DNA from: Vicugna vicugna
Lineage: Eukaryota
Assembly (NCBI GenBank): GCA_013265495.1
Contig: MU058687.1
Location: forward strand, 1,488,001 to 1,552,000
Direction: 5' to 3'
Length of the DNA stretch: 64,000 nt
The position numbers and the translations under genes are program-made. The notes under the pieces were generated by a model. That model did no database searches and was not told where the DNA came from. It saw only the letters and a program-made list of their open reading frames with translations. Position 1 is the first letter of the stretch. Each line of letters opens with the position of its first letter. Below, piece by piece: positions 1 to 11,480 of this stretch.

Positions 1-1168
1 TGCAGGACGCGTGGCCTCCCTCAGAGCCTGGTCCTGAGGCCAACCCCCAGAAGTCTCCCTGTGCCTCAGTGAGTTCTGATTGTGAAGGTTTTCTCCTCAT
101 TGCCCAAGGACGGCAGATCCCCCCAGGTTCTGAGTGTGGGAAATTTTTCTGGTTCCTGGGATGATCTTCTATGAGCTGGCCTAGGGACTCCCCCAGCCCA
201 AGAACCGAGCTGGGAGAGTAGGGCTCTCTGGGAGGCACCCTTGGGCCAACTTAGGGCAGTGTGCTTAGGAAAGCAGGTGTCAAAACCCGGCCTGGATCAC
301 CTGGAGCTGGAAGGGTTTTCCTAGAAGTGAAAATCCCCTCCCTCCCCCTGTACCAGGGCTCACACAACAGCCCAGTCATCGGGCGCCCTTGGCTCCTTCA
401 ACACCTCACGCCACCACACCACCAAAACTGTTGAGTGTAAGAGGAAACACCACCTCCCGCAGAAAACCTAGGGGACTTTTTTTTCCTCTTCAATAAACAT
501 TTGCTGAAATAACTTTTTATTGGTGGTTGTTTAAAAACGTATAGCATAAAAAGGGTTCTGAGAATTATTCCCATCATAACTTTTGTTCAGCTAGATCTGT
601 GTCATCCGTGTAGGCCTCAATTTCCTCACCTATAAATTATGGCCCCTTCCTCACTTTAATTAATATCCTACAAGTGTGTGTGGTACAAGGAATGACTGAT
701 CATTCCCTTCTGCTCAGCATCTGTTCAACACATCTTCTTTAAGCTACAAGAGCCCAGACTGCTTTTGACAGTATTGAGAATACAAAAGAAATTATTTTCT
801 GGCCCCTGCCATCATTTATTTAAGTGCCCGTTAAATGCCAACCATAAAAGTCAGTGTATAGCATGTGCTAGACAAGTTTTGAAAATGTACCTCTACCTCT
901 AAAGTAACTACAAGCACATTGGAATGACCATGCATATATGAAATAAAGAGAGCAACTTAAAATAGCATCTGATAAATTTTAGATGGGCAGAGAAGTGAAA
1001 GAGGGAGAAATTACTGTGGGTTTGACAGATCTAAGAAGACAACCTAGCAGTAGGGCTTGGGTTGGCTAAAACATAATGTTGATGGTGACAACGATGATGA
1101 ATGCAGCCACATTTACTGAATTCTTAGCATGTGGTAGGTATTGATTGGATGCGTTTTAAGTATCCCAT

Positions 1169-1445
1169 TTAGTGGGGAATTGGAGGTGAAGGAATAAATT
1201 AGGAATTCGGGATTTGCAGATACTAACTACTATATATAAAATCGATAAACAACAAGGTCCTACTGTATAGCACAGGGAACTATATTCAGTATCTTATAAT
1301 AGCCTATAATGAAAAAGAATATGAAAAGGAATATACATATATGTATAAGTGAATCACTATGTACACCAGAAATTAATGCATTATAAACTGTACTTCAATT
1401 TTTAAAAATTTAACATGTAAATATTTGCTAAGTTGTTAAAAAAGA
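1169..1445 (+). mobile_element. 5'-truncated L1 3' end (cetartiodactyl type) inserted into a MIR
   Basis: L1 3' UTR motif ctactgtatagcacagggaactatattca; A-rich tail; TSD AAGTATC(C/A)CAT at 1158-1168 and 1446-1456; TTTT|AAG target. Confidence 0.8.
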
Positions 1446-2639
1446 AAGTATCACATCAACCCTTTAATGTAGGTGCCATTATTGTCCCCATTTAGCAGAT
1501 GAGGAAACCAAGGTCCAAACATTTTATAGACGAATCTGACCAATCCATAGTTAACACCTTCTAGGTGTGGGGGGACAGAGATTAAGAAGAAAGGAAAGAG
1601 TGGAGAAGCAACATTCTGTGGGTGCTAAGTGGAACTATCTTTGTAGCATAATGTCTAGATTTTCAGGTTAAATGCCCTTTTTAAAAAATGACTCGAGGTT
1701 TCTTGAATATATATCCCTAAGGCGATAATGTACTTTGCAGATCTGAACATATACAGTGGACTCATCTCAGATCTTATTTCTCTGTTACTTTTGACTGTAC
1801 TGACAACTCATTTTGGCTTCCATGGCAGTGGGGAGGCCCACTCCTGTGTTAACGGAGAGGGGATTTGAGGAGCCTTGAGGTTCCATGTTTCTGTCTGTAC
1901 CTTCCTTTCTTCTATCTTCTGGAGTACTTTTTGTCTGCTAACTTCTTTGCCTCCTCTTCTATCCCCAGTTTGTTAATTATCAGCATCTCCCAAGACTGAA
2001 TCTTAGACCAATTTCTCTTTAGTCATTCATTAACTCAAAATTTGTTAATCACCTATTATCTGAAATCCAATATTTCTAAAGATCATCTTTGACCTAAAGG
2101 AGTTTGGCGATTCTACTTACAATCCAGATGTCAACTTCAGGGAGCACTCATATATGGATGGCTTACACAGTGACATCCCCACATGGACTTTTCATTTCCC
2201 CTCAGGTGTTTTCAAGACATATTTTGAAACATAATATTCTGGGAGAAGAATGCATCAGATTTTCCCTAGATTACTCAAGTCCTCATTTCCCGATTATGAT
2301 GAATATCATCCATCTTCCTGGGCCTCTGTTCTGTCATCTTTATGGGCAGCCGTGATCTCTTCTTTGTGCTTTGTCTCCTCAAATAGGGTGGCACATGATG
2401 TATGGCTCATAGCAAACATTCAAACAAGGTTGTCTGACTAAATTATTTAAATGACTATCTGAAACCTGAACTGTAAGAAGGCTGCTCAGTGCAGTTCTGT
2501 ATTTAGTCTCAGATGGTTGAGTGGCATTTGATGGATGAAGCCAGAAAAGTAAGCAGATAAAATTCCACACTGTCAGTCCAGCAGTCCTTTACAAGCTTGA
2601 CTTTGGGACATTTTATTCATGAATTTTTCAGCCTTCTTT

Positions 2640-3130
2640 TGGAGCCAGGTGGTAGAAAACCCCTCAAACTACCTTAGCAAGAAGGAGAAAGGGGATGTAT
2701 TGACTCCATCACTATAAAGTCCAAAAATTGATTCAGCATGTTTTCATGGCATTTTGGTTGAGGGACTCAGATGATGATCTCATGGTTGTTTCTGTCTTTA
2801 TACATCTTGGCCCCTTTTCCCTCTGTGCATTGGTTCCATTCTCAGTCAGGCTTTTGTTATATAACAAGAAAAACGGCCACTGACAGTCACAAACTACATC
2901 CTTACACTGATGTTTTAAAGGAAAAGCATTCCTCTCTTCTTTAACATCCACATATCAAATCTCAGGAAAGACTCTGATTGGCTCTATCTGGGTCACATGC
3001 CCATCCCTGAACCAATCACTGTAGCTTTGGAAATGGTCTGTTCTAAGTGGCCAACTCAGGTCACACACCCACACTTGGGTGCAGATGATGAGGCACCAGG
3101 ATCGACACCCTCCAGGGCCTCAGGGAGAGG
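2640..3130 (-). mobile_element. MLT1 (ERVL-MaLR) LTR remnant
   Basis: MLT1-like motif gactctgattggc...gggtcacatgcccatccctgaaccaatcactg. Confidence 0.65.
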
Positions 3131-3839
3131 GAGGGTAGTGGTTTTCCAAAGAAAGGAATGCTTAGGAGCACAACATGCCTCCACTACACTCCTCTTCTCC
3201 TAACCCTCCTGGCCCAGCATTTAACTAGAGAATTTATTCTCTTCATCCTCCAAAGACTTACTGTGTTAGAAGATAAAAGAAGAGATGCTGAGCTTTCCCC
3301 AGAGGTGGCTATATTTCTCTGGGTGCTGATTTATTACTACAACTGTAGACATGTTGCCTGCTGTTTTACAAAATTCTCATTGGTGGTTATTGGAAGAGAA
3401 GCAGACCTACTCCAGACTTACAGATTTTCTTCTCAAACACTTCAGCTATGAATATATATGTATACATACTCATATGAAATTTTATAAGCTTTAAACCAGA
3501 CCACACACCAAAATCACTCCCATGTAACTTCTCCCACCCTAGGGAAGAGAGTGGAAGGCTCACTTCTCCTGGTCTCTGCTGGTAGATATTTGACTGAGCA
3601 AGGGACGAGCAGGAGGAAGAAACCATCACAAACAGATCTCTGTAACTGGCAGAATATATAACAGCTAGTCTCAACTTCTTATTTGATTTTCTGATACCAT
3701 CCTGCCCTTCACCTGAGAATTCTCTGTGGCTTTTTTTTTTAATTAGCAAATTTTTTAAATCCTGTTTTTGAAAAATTTGTGATAACCCATGGGCCACCAG
3801 AGACAGTGAAAGACTGATACTGAGATTGGGTTTGTCTAT

Positions 3840-4545
3840 AACAGGAGCTACAAAATCAAATGCCCCCAGAGGCCAAGCAGTCTATGTAAATGCTCTCACA
3901 GGCTGGGTGTAAACTATGTCAAACTGAGGTGTGTAAGTCCCATCTCAAGGCGGCAGCTTCTAGTGGGCTGCAGGCCACTGCTGCCATTAGGGAGGGCGTG
4001 CTGTGTCAGATATTAACTGTTCACTAATATGTAGTCCCCTTCTCCTCCTGGTACCTAGGAAGACTGAATGTCCCTGCCTCTTTGAAATTAATAATGGCCA
4101 TGTGACTTGTTTTGGCCAATGAGATGTAAGCCAAAGTGCCTTCTATTGCTCCAGGAGGAAATATGTAACTCCTGGTGCGTGGCCCTCTCTGCCTGTATCT
4201 CTTTCCGTGCCATCCTGCCCAGGGATACACTTGCTGATACAGAGGTGCAATACTGAGCCGTTACCTACAGGATGGCCGCCCTGAACAGTCATCTCAATCC
4301 ACAGTTGTCTTGTGCTGGTAAGAAATAAACCCTTCTCGAGTTAAGCCACTGAGTTTTGGTTGGTATTTATTACTGTAGCCTAACCTCTCCTATCCTGACT
4401 ATTATATGTGACCTGACTTTGATTTTTTTCAAGAGAAGTTAGAAACCTGGATTTTTGTGTCACATCTTTATATAAAAAAACAAAAACGGAATTTAAAGCT
4501 GAGTCAGCAAAGCCAAATTTAGCCTGCCCGCTACTAGTTTACAAT
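3840..4545 (+). mobile_element. MER102-like hAT remnant interrupted by an MLT1 LTR (about 4028-4405)
   Basis: caaatgcccccagaggcc... and ttttcaagagaag...ggatttttg flank an MLT1 segment containing ccatgtgacttgttttggccaatgag, AATAAA and ttaagccactgag. Confidence 0.55.
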
Positions 4546-7477
4546 GTTTTGGCCTACACAGTTTGAGTAGAAAATAAAGCAATTAATAAATGATTTTTTT
4601 TCCTATTGTGCACCGATCCTGTCTGAACTCCTATAGTGCTTATAGTCTGGGTCACTTGATAGCTCTTAGTTACTCTTGGTCTAGCTGTTTATTAGTATTG
4701 AAGTCATTCTTCCTAACTAGATGGGAGGTGGGGACAGATAAGGAATCATGCCTCAAACTTTGTGTACCTCACAGGCACACAATATAGTTTCAGGAAATAT
4801 TAGTATAAAAACTAGTTCATTGATTGATTACTCAGAACTAGCACCTCCTCTTTTGATATTGGAGGAACAGTTCTGGGGAATTAGTCATTTTTCCTTGCCA
4901 GTTCACTTTTTCCTGTTTGCAAAGAGCTTGGGATTCATCAAAGTTCGTTAAATTTTAAAACACAGTATCTAAATAAGTCAGAGATGCAAAACCCAGTATA
5001 TTAATCAGGACTTTTCTAGCAGCAAGTAATAGGAAACCTAAATTCAAATTTCCCCGGGTGAGAGATAATTCAGAGATTCCTATAACTAAAAACTCCAGAG
5101 GTAGGATTATGGCAGGCAAGGCTGGATTCAGGAACTCAGACAGTGCCATCTGAACTTGATCCGCCTTTCCCTCCTTTGCTTGGCTGTACTATACTCTTCT
5201 TTGTATTAGGTTCACTCTCAGTAGACCCTCTCCGCGTGGTGTTTCTGGCAGTTTCAAGTCCAGCTTCTGACAGCTTCTCTTCCCAGCAGATCCACAAAAG
5301 TCCTAATCTCATCAGACTCATTTGGAATCTATGCAATCTCTGAGCCAGCCCACTGGCCGGGGCTGGATGTATTAGTCAGGGCTTCTTTAGTTGCAAGTAA
5401 CAGAAAACCTAAATTTAAACTGTGTTAGGCTGGGTCACTTGTCCATCTCTGATAGCTAGTGGTAGATCAGCTCCAACCAGTAAGGCAGGGGAAAGCGGGC
5501 CAGTGTCTATATAGATGAGCCAGTTTATGGTCACTTACTCCGGCTGCTTCCAGAGGCAGTGACTACGTGGAGGGGCCTGGTAGGGGGCAATGTAGTAGAG
5601 GTCTTAAAGCTGTGTACATGAAGCATTCTATGTAAAATTAAAAAGCATCCATGTCAAATAATGGAGGACCCCTTTGGCTATTACAGGGAGATGGAGGGAG
5701 CTAAAGAGCTCCAAGTTGTCCCTTGGTGCCACCCCTGTAGTGTATTTACTTTGTAGGTGAAGCAAAGGCCCAATTGGACTGCTGGTGGCCCAGCCACACC
5801 CAAAGCAGGCCCTGGAGAGGATTGCTCGAACCACACACACTAATTATTGGTCACCACACAGAGATCAGGTTAGTTCTTCCAAAGTCCCAGGTGAAGACAC
5901 ATAAAGTAACATGGCCCTGTTCAGTGTTTTCTTCCATATGAACATCCAGACCTCAGTCTCATGGGGGAAACATCATAAGGCAGTTGCATAGCACCCAGTT
6001 TTGATCTTTATGCAGTAGTAAAGGTGTAGTTGACTTTTCTGGGGTTGAGAGTCATGTTCTTCCACAAGACTATCACATTACTCCTCATTTTCCATTGTAC
6101 ATTCTTTCAGGACCATGCTTTCTTTTTACTTCCTTACTTCAGTGCTTCAAGGAAGAGAGCTGACAGTGAAGGTGAAAATGGTCAGTCAATGCCATTGGGA
6201 CTTGATCTGTCTTTCCCTCCATAAGACCAGTCTTCTTATCCAGAAAGATTTCCCTGCACTGGGGCAAGAAGGAGAGTAGAACCTCACTGTCCTCGAGTTC
6301 AAGAGATGTACTCTTTGGGCTCTGCTGACTGGCTCTCATCTGCCTCAAGGCTTGTTGTTTCTTTCACTCTGTGCATCTGCACTCCAAGAAGGCATGAACT
6401 TTTTCTTTCACTTCCTTTCTTCTATGGGTGATAATCTGACATCACTCTGAGGAGGCTGAAGGTCACTGAATATAAACACTGTCACTCCTATCTGGCTGAG
6501 CACCCAGGGAGTGTGGAGGTAGGAGATGCCAACCACAGTGCCAAGGTCTTGGGTGCCGCACGTGTGCTCGAGGGCTCTGTGTCTCTGTGCCTTTACCTGC
6601 TGAAGGCACGGTGGAGGACACATTTCCTCTGGGGTCACCTTTAACCATCTACCACTCCAGGAGGATAAAAGGTAGGAGCTGAGTTGGCAATGGAAGTTGT
6701 AATGGGGAAGAAGGCTGTTTGGGGTTGGCTGAGGGCTGGGTCTACTCACAGGAGTGTCCCCGAGCAGAAAGGAGAAGCCTGCTGGAGTGGAGAAAAAGCC
6801 CAGTGGTCAAATTGTGCGAGCCACCAGGAAAGCACTCGGGCTAAGGCTGTAGCCCCAAAAGGGCCGGCCTCTTGCAGTGAACCACCCCAGGGCTTAAGGG
6901 CACCCCTGGTGGCCAGGTGGTGTGGTGGATAGGGGTAGAGGCACCCAAACGCCTTAATGTTCTGCCCACCCGTCTGCAGGGAAAAATGAAACAGGCTTGC
7001 GAATGCACTTCCTCACTCACTCAGTGCTGAACAGTCCAAGGATGAAAATGTGCTGAAATCCTCTCTCTCGGTTTGGGAAAAAGAACTAAGGACCGAGGAA
7101 GATGGTTCAACATAGGCTAAGTCTGCTTCAAGGGTTTTTTGACTTGTCTCGCCTCTGCCTTCTCAATTCTCTCGGACTGAGCTGTGTCTCAGGGTAGGAG
7201 CCGGCGGCTGTGCGCGGGGGATGCTCTTACATAACCGCCCGCCGCGTCCTGCTTTCTCGCGCGCTCCTGCACCGCGGGCTGGGGGAGCCGGGGGCCGCGA
7301 TGGAGCCGGGGCCGGCGCTGCGGGGCCGGGGCCGCCCCCGCCAGGAGAGGAGCGCGAGGAGCCGCGGGAGGAGGGCGCGAAAGGCGGCGGGGGAGGTGAA
7401 GGTCAGTGGGTGTGAAGCGCCGGATCCACACCCCCCTCCTCCCGTGTCCCCTCCTTCCCTTCCTCTCCGTCCCCCTC

Positions 7478-7485
7478 TGACGTCT
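7478..7485 (+). promoter_or_regulatory. CRE-like element TGACGTCT
   Basis: 7/8 match to TGACGTCA, 60 bp upstream of the TATA box. Confidence 0.5.
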
Positions 7486-7542
7486 GGAGCTGGCAGCTTG
7501 GCCGGTTCCGCATTCCCGACCCCTCCCCGCCGCCCAGGGGCC

Positions 7543-7552
7543 GCTATATAGC
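7543..7552 (+). promoter_or_regulatory. TATA box (TATATAG, within the palindrome GCTATATAGC)
   Basis: Isolated AT-rich TATA-like element in the GC-rich island, downstream of GC boxes; predicts a TSS near 7573-7578. Confidence 0.65.
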
Positions 7553-7558
7553 CGGGGC

Positions 7559-7567
7559 TGATGCAAC
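7559..7567 (+). promoter_or_regulatory. C/EBP-ATF composite element (CARE/AARE) TGATGCAAC
   Basis: Matches the ATF4-C/EBP consensus TGATGCAA; lies between the TATA box and the predicted TSS. Confidence 0.6.
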
Positions 7568-7689
7568 CCGTCCCGCCGCCCGCCACAGCCTGCGGGAGGG
7601 ACGCTCGGCGGCCGCGACGGGGGGCGCTGGCGGCGGCGGACGCTGCAGCGGCGGCGGGGCTGGCGCCGCGGCGGCTCCCGGGCCGGGAC

Positions 7690-7782
7690 NNNNNNNNNNN
7701 NNNNNNNNNNNNNNNNNNNNNNNNNNNNNNNNNNNNNNNNNNNNNNNNNNNNNNNNNNNNNNNNNNNNNNNNNNNNNNNNNN
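7690..7782. other. Assembly gap (93 N) inside the CpG island
   Basis: Run of n characters flanked by G-run-rich sequence. Confidence 1.
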
Positions 7783-10700
7783 CGGGCCGGGCCGGGCGGG
7801 GTGGGGCGGGCCGGCCGCGGACACCTGGGACGGCCGTCCCCGCGCGGGTGGAGCGCGCCGGGCCCCGGAACCCGCGCCCCGCAGGGAGGCTCCCGCAGCC
7901 CCGGGACTCCGCGCTGTCCTGGCGGGGGCGCTGCCGCCTGTGTCCCTCCCGCCGCGCGCCCGCGAGCCGGTGGCTTTCCTTTGGTTCCCGCCCTGGGACG
8001 GGAGGCTCCGTCCGCTCCCGGGGCTGCCGGGGCGCTCTGTCTCCCTCCCGCCTTCTCCTCCCCCGTGCGTTTGCAGGGAGGTGCTCTTCTCGCGCGGCGG
8101 GGCAGGCGGGTGAGTGAGGAGAAAACTGCCCGGGGCGACGAGCCGTGGGGTGGAGATGGAGGGTGAGAGTCTAGGGAGGTGCAGGGTGCTGGTCGCGGAG
8201 GGATGACAGGGACCTGCTGGCAAGTCGTGTCCGCCCCACCTCCCTCGCAGGGAGGAAGCACGGCTCCTTGAGGACCTGGAGGAGGGCACTGAGAAGGGCT
8301 GGGGCTCTCCATACAATGAAGAGGGCTTCTCTCTGGACCGTTGCTCCGGCTTTCTGAGCTGGGAAGGGGTCTGGGGCGGCCCTGGTTCCCTTTGGGATCC
8401 CCTAGCTCCCAAGCCAGGTTACATAAGGAGGCAAGTCAGCTCCTCTAGGTAACCAGCCCCTTCTCTCGACCCAGCCCAGTTTAGAGGGCTCTCTTCTGCC
8501 CCTCCCCTCCGAGGAGGCTGAGAGGTGGGGCTTTATGGCCTGGACCTCTGACCCTGGGGTTGCAGACCCAGGTTTTGCCTGTGTCGGTGGTAGAGTGGGG
8601 AGGACAGGGAGGCCTCTGCTCTTCTGTGGGGATGAATGGGCCATCCACGAGGCTGGAGATAAACAGGCTGGTGGAAAGGGAGCTCAATTGACCCCTTGGG
8701 TCATCTCTAGTCTCAAGGTGGCCGACCCTTGCCCAGTGTGTTGCCCTCCCTACTGGCATGCAGTACACCGGCCTGTGGCCTGACCACATGTGCTCAGGGC
8801 AGATGTGCTCAGGTCTGCCTCTTAAAAAAGGACTTGCAGACTGTGTGTGGGTGTGTGTTCCCAGACTTAAATCTTGGTGGACTCTCCTCGGGGTCCTAGT
8901 TTGAGAAGCACCAGAAACTGAATCTTTGAACCATGATCGAGTGTCTGCTTGTCCTTTAAGGCCTTGCACCGAACTGTGTTCACATTTTATCTCCCTTCCC
9001 CCAACCTCCCTTCCCTGAGGGTTTTAAAAACACCTCCCATTACTTTCATCTTTCCAGCAAATCTGGCTGCAGCTTGGATAGGCACCTTATCTTCCTTTGC
9101 AGGTTTCTAGGGGAGAGTTTAACCAGGTATCAGGTGTGAGCATGGCTCTGATTTTATATAAACCTGACGACCAGGGAAGAGAAGCAAGCTCTATTCTCGT
9201 GCCTCTGGCTGGCTAAGGTTTTGCCTTGTTTAAAACAGGGAGGACGGATTTCTCAAAGACTCTTCTGTTCCCCTTCTCCTTTGGCTTTGGTTCAGAGCTG
9301 CAGGCAGCTCCAGAATCTTCCTGAAGAGCCGGGTGCTGTGAGATTTGAAAGGCAGCTGGAAGGCATGGATGTGGAGGCTTCTGATTTTTCTCCCCGTTGG
9401 TTGCAGCCTTCCCAAGGAGATGTGTTGATAAGTGGCATCAGTGTCCCCTAAGGAAAGATTTGGACAAGGATCTCTCCACCAACTCACTGCTTAGCTCTTC
9501 CTGCCACCAGCATCTGTTGTTGCCTCCCTCATCTGTTTGCAAGGTATATGGGCATCTTTTCCAACCTGCAGGACCCTTTGCTGCATCCGGAGAAGGGCAA
9601 GGCACCCCAGGCTTTGTTTGTTGTGGGGCTGCTGGTGTTGTAACGGGATGTCCCTTGCACAACGGTTTCCAGCTCCACTTGGGAAGAGAAGGGCCAGTGC
9701 AGACTCTAGGTTGGCCTACTCTGTATTCATTCAGCCCCAGCTCAACTTGAGGAATCGGAGCCAGGACTGAGGGCAAGAGACATTCTTTTCTGCTTTTTGC
9801 TGCAGGATGCAGTTTGCTTTTTTTCCATGTGAATGAATTATGCTGGAAATCGAAATGGGAGGAAGAGAAAAATAGAGTGAGTGTGTACAGGCGTGTGTGT
9901 GTGCATACCTATATAGGCAGGGGGAGAGCAGCAGGCACATTATTTTTCCATTTTCCTTTAATTAAGGCTCTGTGGAGGTGTGTTTAAAAACAGAGGGTCT
10001 CCTATGTCTTTGAGGAGGGTGAGAACACTGTTTTGGCTGCGTCCCGGGCCATATGCAGCGTATGGTGGCCAATGAAACTGGGCCTGGCTCGTTCTGTTGC
10101 TTGTCTTGGCAGTCGGTTCCATGGCTTGTGTTACCAGCTCTGGAACTTACGGGCTGCCAAGCTCCGTGTGCCTGTGTGTGTGTGTGCACACGCATACATG
10201 TGTGCGTGCGTGCACCCTTGTGTGTGTGTGTGTGGTTTGGCCTCTCGAAGCTCAGCAGAGACAAATGCCTTAGCGACCCAGGGTTGGAATTTTCAGCCTG
10301 TGTTTCTTTACACTCATTGCTGGCTGTGGGAGGCCCGGCCAGAGCTCACCATGCTAGGGCTCTTTTTTTTTTTTCTGTTTTCTTGCAGCAGCCCATGGGA
10401 TTCCTCTCGTGGAGCTCCATTTCCAAAGCTTTCCCTGGCCAATGGCGTTTTTTAAAAAAGGCCCAAAGGGCTGACCACATGCTATGTATGTCTATGTTAC
10501 ATATCATACAGTGAACTCCTGGCACCAAGGAACAGAGATGGGACGAGGTGGGAAGACAGGCTAGAAGGCTGGCCCCCTGGCAATTCCTTCCCAGCGCTGA
10601 TCAGGATAAGATCCTGGCAGAAATGACTGAGTGTGTATTTATTGAGCACCTACGTTGTTAGGCAGGGGAAAAGCTGTGCTTACAGGCAGGGCTTGTCAAA

Positions 10701-11269
10701 AGCTTTTCTCTGTAGAGAGAGGTTCCAGTTTCTTCTGGGATGGCTATGCAGGGATCATGGCGTGTCACTGTCATTTTCTTCTTATGAAGATCTGAGGAGT
10801 GACCCCTTGTAAGCAGTGCAGGGATATGGTGGATTGAAGGACATAGGAGGAGCTGGCCCTCTGTTCCTTGAGGCAGGTGTGGGAACCCGGCCAGCTAGGA
10901 GTGCCCTGTTGCCAGTGATCTGTGCAGCTGTGTTCTGGCGAGCAAGATGGAGAAGAACTTAGGAGAAACCTAAGCAAAAGGCAGGTGTTCGGCCTTATTT
11001 CTGCACCTTTGTACCCAGGCCCGGTCTGGCACTTATTGTTTCTGTTCTGCAGTAACTGCCTGGATGCAGGATGGTCCTGCCCCCTTGAGGTTTAGAGCTG
11101 GAAATTGGGAGAGCAGAGACTCCTCTGTGGGGGAATCCTCTTCGTGGCCATAGGAAAGGGAGATCGGTGTTAGATGAGAAATGGGAACTGTACAGAAGGG
11201 ACCTTGAAGGGTCATCCAGCACTAGTCTCCCTACAGAAGGAAGGCCCTTGAAGCTACACTGACTTCACG

Positions 11270-11480
11270 CTCACCAGGTACAGGCATTGTTCCAGGTACT
11301 TCCCAAATATTAACTAATTTAATCCTTTTCTCAGCCTTACAGCCTTACAGGGCAAATAATGTCATCATTCCCATTTTGCAGCTGAGGAAAGTAAGGCACA
11401 GAGAGGTTAGGGAACTTGCCCAAGGTCACACAGCTAGTAAGGGGCAGAGCTAGGATTCACAGTCAGTTGATCTGGCTTTG
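11270..11480 (-). mobile_element. MIR SINE
   Basis: Core cccattttgcagctgaggaaagtaaggcacagagaggttagggaacttgcccaaggtcacacagctagtaag. Confidence 0.8.

Larger units (their letters stand above)
7186..8330. promoter_or_regulatory. JDP2: CpG island / JDP2 promoter and first exon(s)
   Basis: Very GC-rich with dense CpG and GC boxes against a CpG-depleted background. Confidence 0.92.

Noticed and set aside
6898..6915. CTCF-like motif upstream of the promoter (rc TGGCCACCAGGGGTGCC)
   Set aside because: Mismatches at the highly constrained GGC positions.
7189..8412. 407-aa and 361-aa minus-strand ORFs and the 201-aa plus-strand ORF in the CpG island
   Set aside because: They span the N gap and are low-complexity P/R/G/A sequence expected from extreme GC content.
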